Source: a virus. Taken from it: DNA of 64,000 bases. Positions 34,501-43,600 of the stretch are shown here, piece by piece. The first letter of the stretch is position 1. The number at the start of each line of letters is the position of its first letter. The DNA is taken from positions 96,001-160,000 of the IMG/VR virus record IMGVR_UViG_3300045988_122072; one strand, given 5' to 3'. The translations under genes and the position numbers were made by a program. The notes under the pieces are model-generated. The model did no database searches. It was not told where the DNA came from and was given only the letters and a program-made list of their open reading frames with translations.

Positions 34501-36507
34501 GACCTTATCGCCAGCAGTAATATTTTGATTGTTAATAGTTAAGACATAAGTATTAATATCTAAACTATAATCAGATTGCGGTACTTCATTTTGATTAATA
34601 TAGACACTAACTAAAGATTTATCTTTATGTGACGATACATCAAAATGAGTATCGATAGACTCGACGGAAACGACATCTCCATCCTTCAATGCACTATTAA
34701 TTGTCAATAGCGCATTTTGCAATTGATACGCATTGGTTTCTTTGCCATTAATTTTTACAGAAACAATTTTATCTCTTAAATTCTGCAGAGTAAATTTATT
34801 ATTAATTAACTCTATAACAATAGTATCCTCATATTGTAAAATTGAGGTGTCAGTAAATAATAAATAACTTCCATTAATTTGATATTTACTACTATCAATT
34901 ATCTCACCATTAATTTTAACCACTACAATTTTATTAGATGGATTTTTTAAAGAAAACCTAGTAGAAAGTGCGGCTTTCGGTGTCTCAACCTTTATGGTAT
35001 TTCCATCTGACATCGGCGCGGCAATCGTTAGTTCTTTTGTTAACTTGTCATATGTATACTGATCGTTACTTATAAGTTCACCCTCAATATATACTTTGGT
35101 GTCTTCTGGCACAATAATTTCATTAATAAGTGTAAATGTATTTTCTTGTGCGTTTGCAGTAAAAGTTTCTGATAAAATTTCTGGCTGATTAAATTGCTGT
35201 GATTCACTTTCAATATCGAATTCCTCAATTTCGCTTTCTATATCAAATTCAATAGAAATTTTATCAATATCCATAATTGTATTTTCGCTATCCACACTAA
35301 GAGAGCTGGCGTCTCCATTTGCTATAAATTTTTGAGTATGCCCAACAACAAAATCCTGCTTAATTGGAGATATGTCAAAAACTTCTTCGGTAGAGCCACT
35401 GATATCTTTACTATAAAAACCACCCATATATTTATCTTGTTTGTCCATATACGCAAGGTATTCATAATAAAGTTTATCTCCCATCCATTCTGGCGTACAG
35501 TAATAATCAAGATTCATAATTGACGGCAATCCGAAATTAACGCTGCGAATATCTAAATCATCCGCTCCTTTTACAGTCAATACTGTTTTAATATCATCGG
35601 AGGAATAATTAACATGCATTTCATTAGATAAATTTTCAAATGCAACAATAACATCCGTGTCATATTTACTTTTAAAATCATTGGTTATTTCTACAATATC
35701 ACCTTGTGCCGGTGCGATAGAAAGAAGTAAGTTATTTGTTTCTTGATTATACGTATATTGCGTTATAATATGCCCGTTTATAGTTACTGTACTTGTATCT
35801 GAAAAATCACCAGACAATTTAAATGTTGTTGTTGTTCCATCGCCTATAAATCGTTCAATTTCATTTTCCGAATATACATTAATAATATTATTAATAGTAT
35901 CAAACTCTACATAGCATTTAAATGTATCGCACATTTCGTTCATGATAAAGTCATAAATAGACTCTCTATCAACCTCAAAGCTACGACCTTGTGATGCCAA
36001 TTCTGCGTCCACATGACCAATAGTCCATCCGTATGCTTTTTTCAATATTAAATGCAGAAGGCTATGTTCAACGTCTGTTGGGTTATATAATATAACTCCA
36101 TCAATACTTCCAATTGTATCACCAGTATCTCCCATATTAATAATAAATGTTTCAAGATATCGCTGAGATAGAGAATACTCTAACGAATAAGCATTCAATT
36201 GCTTATATTCCTGTATTCCATCACTATATAATTCTGGATCTTGAAGTTGGAAATATCCGAACCCTTCAAGATAGACCAAGCGCAACCCCTCGATGTAATT
36301 ATAATATGGAGTTCGCTTTTGTTCTCCTGTAATTAAATCATGATAAATAGAAGGGATATTAAATGAGATTTCGGAGTATCCATTAAATTTAAATGTTCCG
36401 TTTAAATCATTCACATCTAACTGGCAAATTTTATCTTTATTTGTCTGACATAATATAACCTTTGGTGTTTTATATGTGTCGGATAACAAATCTTTAGGTA
36501 ATCGCAT
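31591..36507 (-). CDS. Large tail-tip protein (phage minor structural protein / Tal-like), 1638 aa
   Basis: The N-terminal roughly 220 aa (ISFNIP...YNYIEGLRLVYLEGFGYFQL...EYKQLNAYSLEYSL) resemble the prophage-tail endopeptidase N-domain. The gene follows Dit. The central repeat array is listed separately. Confidence 0.7.
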   Translation of the reverse strand: MRLPKDLLSDTYKTPKVILCQTNKDKICQLDVNDLNGTFKFNGYSEISFNIPSIYHDLITGEQKRTPYYNYIEGLRLVYLEGFGYFQLQDPELYSDGIQEYKQLNAYSLEYSLSQRYLETFIINMGDTGDTIGSIDGVILYNPTDVEHSLLHLILKKAYGWTIGHVDAELASQGRSFEVDRESIYDFIMNEMCDTFKCYVEFDTINNIINVYSENEIERFIGDGTTTTFKLSGDFSDTSTVTINGHIITQYTYNQETNNLLLSIAPAQGDIVEITNDFKSKYDTDVIVAFENLSNEMHVNYSSDDIKTVLTVKGADDLDIRSVNFGLPSIMNLDYYCTPEWMGDKLYYEYLAYMDKQDKYMGGFYSKDISGSTEEVFDISPIKQDFVVGHTQKFIANGDASSLSVDSENTIMDIDKISIEFDIESEIEEFDIESESQQFNQPEILSETFTANAQENTFTLINEIIVPEDTKVYIEGELISNDQYTYDKLTKELTIAAPMSDGNTIKVETPKAALSTRFSLKNPSNKIVVVKINGEIIDSSKYQINGSYLLFTDTSILQYEDTIVIELINNKFTLQNLRDKIVSVKINGKETNAYQLQNALLTINSALKDGDVVSVESIDTHFDVSSHKDKSLVSVYINQNEVPQSDYSLDINTYVLTINNQNITAGDKVTINMANNVFTIPQKKDRLLSVSIDFEEIPNNIYSFDESTMKLTISSLPTLFAGEVIEVVSIDTSFQIDIDRRKITSIVIDGVTIKEDGYNYINNKLTITSSLLMSDSNIVVNFVENYFNVTSFTGKIESISINDNKITEYEFDSSNNILIINDDSLTVGSTIQINTIQTTFQLPEFINWSPTFVAINGTKTSNYTFKSGALTISDALKFTDIVSVEFIDNHFTLLNEIGLRHIVEKRNAGSLEFETLVEGPDGYEYNSGTRVLTIYVPLNNGDRIRVKTIDSVDALLIVSANPQAGEILIDDVTPVLKSYTPKIGDYVIKVESYTEVLKELYRLIDNRLAEENSVPDEYKITEIKLNPDNYDQADMFLPEADIEHLGEVYKIVNQNKVEEDGNITYNDIACKYYVCEMKMSVQVDEDGHEENKYTYVWNERDLVFGSDGINSLKEKIDIYSSINDVQIAAEWDQKPKDSEEYKSYIDNLNKLQDAKKQLEEKQNMVDGIAEQIQKVREKIQFISEDIDISKNFSPDSLDRLSLFLREDEYTDDCFCTTDIDTDLDIINTQKELLVAGSKKLKAISKPTLSFSASMKNIYAMPEFEPILHQFSLGNFIRVMIRKDFIKKARLLEVQLNFNDLSNFSCTFGDLLSVKDQGDIHADLLAQAVNAGKSVASGSSYWQKGYDIATAIDEKIRQGLIDATTSIRSSSAGQDVSWDNYGIHLRKMVDGVLDKHEGWITNNKFLYSDDNFKTTKSVFGSYTIEGETYWGVLAGCVSAGLIEGSSIIGGEICIGLQDDGTYAFKVAKDGTVTMNKGDAAEKLSYFSFDGDNGLIVGENKNKEYFSRVSAQRIEFCRKARIKTVTSEPTYKADNYYDYILYEHNDNGVMYYDYYKNPDFIYKVESPFYEARAINENFVDPEIKFGVPITYFANDTAYMKKAEVEGDIKVGTKSSTPSISLGGKFKIQIESNGSLSIVAT
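33650..35845 (-). repeat. About ten tandem 50-60-aa domain repeats inside the 1638-aa tail protein
   Basis: Recurrent F-x-(L/V)-...-(I/V)-x-(V/I)-x-I-(N/D)-G-...-Y-...-L-(T/L)-I-...-G-D-x-(I/V)-x-(V/I) units, for example FTLQNLRDKIVSVKINGKETNAYQLQNALLTINSALKDGDVVSVESIDTH. Confidence 0.7.
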
Positions 36508-36521
36508 TTTCTAGCACCACC

Positions 36522-37622
36522 TTATCCTTTAATTTGTATATCATTAAAATGTTTTTTGATAATTAATCTTCCGTCTTGCACTTCGGCATTAAATTCATCA
36601 AATGGGCATTCGTTACCGCTATCATCAACAATTAGAGTGCCATTATTTTCACTAAATGCAGAGATACCAACATCGGTTTTGACGTTTTTAACATCTCCTC
36701 GTACAATCATTGTCTCGCCAGCTATTTTTATATTAATACCAGTGGGGGGCTCTAATGTTATATCTCCTCTAATTTTAACGATGTTATTATCAACATAAAT
36801 AATAACGGCATTTTTAATCTCGTAGTTATTTAATAATCCATCTGATACTTTCATAGGATATCTAAAAGACATTGTTAATTCTCCACTACCAGAAGCTTGG
36901 AAACTATTTATGCCAGCAGATAATGCAGGAAAAACAAAATTAAAATCATCGTTGAAAATTCTTGCGGTATTATCAGAATACGCAACAAAATTATTATCTA
37001 TTGTTATCGTTTCCCCTTGCTGCAGCTGCTTAAAACTTGTCTCTTCACCAATAGTATTATTTTTAACTGAAAAGCTTGCGCCATTTTGATTATTTTTAAA
37101 TATCATGCGAGGATAAATACACGAGTATAAATCATCGCTTTCGTTATCTATATTAAAATTTGTCTCACCATTTAAAGTAATCTTTACTGTTTTAACCTCT
37201 GAATATGCCCATGGGCTAACTGATGTAAATTCGGCTCTAATACCAATAACTCTAGCATCCATTTTCTGCAATTTAATATCTGTAAATCTTCCTAGATATG
37301 AGCATACAATTTCTCCATCCATATTATAAACATCCATCCAAGCATTCTTTCTTGATCCAGTAAGCCACCTTAAAACAGATCTGACTTTAAACGGCTGAAT
37401 ATCATCACCATCGATATCTACAAATGTAACTGACGGTTTTGCTACATCGTTATATTTTGCCCCATAATCTGTGCGCATTGAACCATCAAAATTATCCGTA
37501 TAAACTGGTTCCATAGTCAAATAGGTATCTGTTTCTCCAGAATCAGGGTTAAATGTTGCGACAACGAGTCTCTCATCATAATTGCTTCTATTTCTAAATT
37601 CAATCTTAGGATGGTAAATCAC
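36522..37622 (-). CDS. Distal tail protein (Dit-like)
   Basis: GTG start after AGGAGG. Its position directly after the tape-measure gene and before the Tal-like gene supports the call. 366 aa. Confidence 0.55.
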   Translation of the reverse strand: MIYHPKIEFRNRSNYDERLVVATFNPDSGETDTYLTMEPVYTDNFDGSMRTDYGAKYNDVAKPSVTFVDIDGDDIQPFKVRSVLRWLTGSRKNAWMDVYNMDGEIVCSYLGRFTDIKLQKMDARVIGIRAEFTSVSPWAYSEVKTVKITLNGETNFNIDNESDDLYSCIYPRMIFKNNQNGASFSVKNNTIGEETSFKQLQQGETITIDNNFVAYSDNTARIFNDDFNFVFPALSAGINSFQASGSGELTMSFRYPMKVSDGLLNNYEIKNAVIIYVDNNIVKIRGDITLEPPTGINIKIAGETMIVRGDVKNVKTDVGISAFSENNGTLIVDDSGNECPFDEFNAEVQDGRLIIKKHFNDIQIKG

Positions 37623-37658
37623 TTGACCACACCTCCTATAAACTACTTTATGTAATTA

Positions 37659-37686
37659 AAGGAGAGGCACCGAAGTACCTCTCCTT
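37659..37686. other. Intergenic stem-loop between the tape-measure and Dit genes
   Basis: GGAGAGG...CCTCTCC with a CGAA tetraloop. The T tract lies on the plus-strand side only (TTTTTATAT). Confidence 0.5.
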
Positions 37687-37694
37687 TTTATATA

Positions 37695-40600
37695 TCATCT
37701 TGTGAACCTTTTTAAACTATTGTTAACGCCCTTCATATAAGAATCTAGTTGAGCCTTAACTGCATCCTTAATATCAGGTATAGAATCCCTATCAGCATGT
37801 TCGATATTGATCATATTGCCGAATGACATATTAAGCTCAATACTATTATTGATAATATAAGGAGCGCCAATCTTAGGTTTATTTCTGTCAAGAATATCTT
37901 TCGGATCTAGAGTCCCAAGCTTCATAAGATTATCAGTAATATCACTTGGAATCACAGAACTGCCTTTACTTAGATATTGTAACCTACCATTCGTGTCTGC
38001 ATGTAATACTAATTCTTCTAGCCCAAGTTCGTCAGTAATTGCAAATTGGTCGTTTGGAACTTTCTTAATACCTTTTGCATATCCCTCTATGTCGCTTAAC
38101 TTGATCCAGCCAGTATACTGTCCGTTTCTGCCAATTAGCACTTCAGAGCCACTAACTTGATAAACAGTAAATGTAGAACCAGGAACCCAAGATTGCATTC
38201 TAGTACCATTGCCGCCATCTCTAGTAAAGTGAGTAGCAGACTTCTTAACAGTCACGCTAGAACCATTAGCCGGAGCAGCAGGTTTTTGAGGAGCACTAGG
38301 TTGTTGTGGAGTAGATGGCGTTGGAGTAGTATATGTCGCACTAGATGTCTTGTTGGCATTTTGATTAGTAGCGTCAATTAAATGTCTTGCTGTCTCATCC
38401 GCCGCAGCTTGTAAATCAAGAAGTTGTTTCTTAATTGCTTCTAGTTGCGCAGTAAACGCACTTGTAGATGTATTTAATTGATCTTGATAAGTACCTATCG
38501 CAATTACGCCTTGTTCCCAAGGATTTGTAATTGCTTCTGACAAATTAATGCCATATTCATCGGCAATTTCTTTTAATGTCCCTGCAACTACTTCTGTATT
38601 TCCAGTAATTGTCGCAAAACTATCAGCGATTACTTGCTCAACATTCTTTAGATATTCATCAAGAGCTTCCATCTCTTTTTCTTTTTCGTCTTGATAGTTC
38701 TCTGCTTGATCGTCCAACGCATCTTGTTGTTTCTCGATACTATGACTATAATATAACTCATCTAATTCTTCTTGTGCTGCGGCAAGTTCCGCTTCAAGCT
38801 TCTTTCTTCTGGCAATAGCACTTGCGGAATTATCCCCAGCTATTGCAGCAAGTTGCTTTTGAATATTTGCAATATTCTTTTGTTGCTCTTCTACCTGCTT
38901 AGAGAAATCATGAGCATCTTTAGAAAGTTGCAATTCCTCTTTCTTTTTATTTATAAGCTCATTATAAGCGTCAATTTCCTCTTGCATCGCATTTTTTGCA
39001 GCATCAACACGAGTTTTATTAAGAGCAATAAGAGCATCTTTTGCAGCCTCATATGACTTTATACTATCCCATTGTCCGTCTTTGAGTTCTTGTAGTTTTT
39101 CGTTATACTCATCTGTACTATACTTTCCAGCGGCATATTCTTGATTAAGGTATTCAATTTGTTCTGCATATTGTTTTGCCCTATATTGGGCGCGTTCCAT
39201 TTCTTGGGCAAGTAGACCCATTTTAGTGATGCCCTCATTAGTCCAATTGCCCATTTCATCGGCAATATCCTCATCATCGATTAAATCGCCTAAATTAGAT
39301 ATTTCATTGCCGACATTATCAATAGCTTTAATAAGACCATCAAAGTTATCCCAGTGTAACTGATTGATAGAATTTTGGAATCCTTCAATCTCTTTACGGC
39401 AGTCAATAATAGCCTTGTCAACATCTTGAATTGCGGCGACCCCTTCATACCATTCCTCAGAGCCGACATCAATATTGCCAGCAGAAACCTGAGCATCAAA
39501 TTCTTTTTGCATGTCATTGCGTTTCTTTTGAAGTTCATCGAGTTCTTTGATGCTATTCTTAATCATTTCTTCATACATTACTGCAGAAGTACGTTCGCCT
39601 TGCTCGTCTATCAGATCAACGTTCGCCTGAAGCAAATCGTTAAGAGTTGTAATCTTAGTAATAACTCTATCATACTCATCCGCAATAGTTTGCACTTTTT
39701 GTAATGAGAGTGATGTAATTTCTTTCTTGACTTGTTGCTGTTGTGTTCTTACATCTGATGCTTTTTGTGCCCATTCACGATAGTTATTAATTGCCTCTAC
39801 AACTTCTTGATTAGCTTCTCCTAAGAATTCTGTTAAAGCAACACCGCCATTTTTAGCAAGCTCTTGATATTGCTGTGGTATCTTCTCTAAAAGTTGTGCG
39901 GCATAATCCGCATAAAGTTTATAACCTTCTCCAAGTTCTGTCAATTTATACTTATTAACATTGATCATTTGATCTTGAATATCATTTTTAGCAGAAATAC
40001 CTACGGCATTTTCTAGTGCTGCGGACATATAATTTAAATCATCATCAATCTCTTCAAGCAAAACTGCGAACCAATCGAACATTTCTTCAAAATCATTGGC
40101 AGCATCAGAAAGATCATCTCCAGCGTCAGATAAACTATCTGCTGCATCATTCAAATCTGTCCAGAAATTATCATTCTTAGCGCCACTATAATAAGTTGGC
40201 GTCGTATAATCTGGAACGATTGTTACATGTGCATTACCTTCAGAGTAGGCTTTGCCACGAGAATTGATATGCCCGTTCTTGAACAACTCTTCGGTTTGCT
40301 TGTGATTAAAGATAATTGCATTCTTTGGCAAATCTACAAATTCTGCGCCATTATCTCCAACAGTATAATATTTGCCAGTTTTAGGGTCTACAACGGTTTC
40401 CATCCCGAGTTCGCCAACTAAAGCATCATCTTCTGCTTGTGGCAATCCCCAATTACCAGATGCATGAGCTGTGCCATCTGCATATATTGTCAGTCGTCCG
40501 CTCGCACCAGGAGTATGAACTGTTTGTTCGGTTCCCTTACCGATGGTTTGATAAGCTGTTGTAATTGTAAATGTTTTATCACTAATGCTTGTCGCATTAA

Positions 40601-43600
40601 GCTTATCAAGTTTCGCTTGAACTGCACTTACGTTTTCTCCTGTTGCTACAAGCTCAGAAGATGTAGATTCAATCTCGCTTTCTAGATTTGAAATAGCTCC
40701 AGTATCTCCAACATAATGGAGTAATTTAGCCGTTTTATCTGCATCCTGACCAATACCTTCAAGAAGATTCTTAACGACAACTCCATCAACTTCCAATCCT
40801 TTGGTATCAAGTTGGAATAGTTCATCACTTGTCCATTTCCCATCATTTTGCTTCGCTTCGTCAATAAGTCCCCAGATATACTTATCTACAGTATTGGAGT
40901 CAAGCAATTGTGGGCCATTTTCTGTCTGTAAAATCGGAGTAAACGATATGTCTTCTCCATCAAATTCACCAACAGAACTTAATAAAGTGGAATATGTGCC
41001 AACCAAATCATCGGCTTTCATGCCCCAACTATCTATTGCGTCGCCATACTTATCAAGTGACTCTTCGTCCCAATATAGTTCCTGACGATCATTAGTATCT
41101 ACATTCCCATATTTTGTTTGAGATAAATCTGTGCCAATGTCATCTGCAAGAGATTTAGCATTAAGTACATCTGTTACATATTGATTAATAAGATTGTCAA
41201 GTTCTCTCATTCCGTCAGAAGTGTCATCAATGGCAGACGCTACCTCTTTGCCAGTATAAGAACCGTTGCCCTGCAAATCTTTTACAACGCCAGCAAGGCC
41301 AACTGAACTAAAGCCAGATGATTCAACGGCTTTGTCTCCGCCGAGACTAAACATTTCCATAATAGTATTAAGATAACCATCTTTATATTTGGAAAGTTCG
41401 CCCTCAAATCCAGTCCAATCTTTTTCATCATACTCTCCAGGAACAGCACGAATAACCAAGTTATACTTATCAGAATCAAGAAGATCCTGCGTTGATCCAT
41501 TCGTGACAAGACCATCTATATAGTCGGCAAGTGCATCAGATGTTAAAACATCTCCATTCTCAAGAACAGGAGTAATATCAATAGTATACTTATTCTTATC
41601 CCCAATTGTTACAGTCTCTGCGGAAGTACTTGCATAGATTTCTCCGTCAGAGCCGATGAATGAATTGTATCCTCCACCCATAGCAAGATCATGTTCATAC
41701 GATGGAGATAAATGTGGACGTTTACGAAGGTCTACATTACCGTTTACCAATTTTTCATATTGCGCGCACATTTCTTCAGCATATTTAGCAAGCTTATTAA
41801 GTTTTAGCTTATCAAATATGTTGCTGATAACATTTGTCCCGCTTGCATATGCTTTGCCTCTACTATTAATATAACCATTTTTAAGCAGAGATTTTGTTTG
41901 CTTATGGTTAAATATAATATCGCCTTTTTTGACATCAGCAAACTCTGCGCCATTTTCTCCAAGCATATCCCAACGATTTCCACGCACACGAAGTTCTGGG
42001 CCTAATTCACCAACTAAAGATGTATCAGCTGATTCTGCACCCCAATTGCCAGAAGCGTGAGCCGTACCATTAGCCATTGTAGAATTTAATTCATAACGGC
42101 TACGACGTCCACTATGCTTCGTCGCTGTCTGATTTTCATTTACCTCACGATATGTAGTAGTTACAGTAACACCAGTAGGAACTCTGTCAATTGCGTCAAT
42201 CAAATTATTAATTGATTTTACGGCAGCAGTGCTATCAACACTTGGGTCTGGGAGTGCCTCAATAGCCTTCTTCGCTGCTTCTGCGGCAGTTTTTACTTCT
42301 TCAATTTGTGCCTTTGCCTCTTCTTTATTTTCAACAAGAAGGTTAATAACTCCTTTGTCATTCAATAAATCCACGTACTGTTGTAGCTTCTGACGCTCAT
42401 CATCAGTGATCTCTACATCTGGCTTGATTTTATATCTACCATCTTCTCCAAGCTCTACAAGCTTACTATCATCTATATTAGCTATATTCGCTTTGACTGC
42501 CAGCTCGTTATTATTTGCTTTCCACACAGCCATTTGAGAGTCTATGTCATCTAACGCAAGCTGAATTGATACCTCTGTGGGTTCTTCTAGATTGTACTTT
42601 TTCTTTAATGCCTCTCCAAGTTGTTCAGTTAATTCTTTAACTTTTTTAGTTTGTGCATTTATTTCTTCTTGAGTATATCCACTATTAGGTTGATTCATTT
42701 CATTCAGCTTTTTCGTAGCTTGTTCAACTTCATCTTTTAAATTTGTGACTTCCTTCGTGACATTTTGATACTCTACAGCATTCTTTCTTGCATCTTCTGC
42801 GCAACCTTGTAGCTTACTATTAGCTTCCTGATATTTTTGTGCCCATTCTTCAACGCCAATTTCATTATTTGCTAAAGCGACATCCAGCTCCGCCAAATTT
42901 TTAGTCGCCATAAAAATATTGCCTTCAAGACCTAAGTCAAGCTGGTCGAAAACGGAACCAAAGTCTCCATTTAACCATTCTGCATCATAAGAATCAATTT
43001 CTGTAAACATTGCAAAAGCCATTTCTTTTGTAATTTTCATCTTATCACAGAAATCATCTAATGTTTTAATATCACTTGAAAGCTCAAAATGTTGCCAATC
43101 ACCTTTATTTGTAAATACCCCTTTTTCTTGAGCGCTTTCAATGAACGCCTGAACATTATCTAAGGTCATCTCTGCGCTTTCAAGGGTGCCATCATCACTA
43201 AATTTCAATGTAAAATATTTACTGAAATCCGAATTCTTTAAATAATTGGCAATAGCAGCGACTTTTTCTTCTACCGTATCAAAACCAGCATAAACATCTT
43301 CTGGAATCATACCTGCCACAGCAGCCTTAAAAGATTCTGTTCCAAGTTTTGCTGATTGCAATCCTTCAATAAGTCCAGAAATCATATCTTCTGCTTTGCT
43401 GCCATAATCCTTTGCTTCATCGGCAGATTTTGCGTCTTCATATTTTTGATATGCATCCGCAGCTCCAAGCAACTTCTGTTCAAGAAGGCTATACTTTGCG
43501 ATTGTTCTTTCTACTGCTCCCATTTCTTTATAAAGAGCATTAATTTCTTTTGCGTTAGCTTGCGCGAGTTCGCCATTTGCTCCAGTTAATTGCTTAATTT

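Noticed and set aside
33650-35845. Possible CRISPR-like or non-coding tandem repeat.
   Set aside because: The periodicity exists at the protein level within one long open frame. There are no identical DNA repeats with unique spacers. No CRISPR array is present anywhere in the window.
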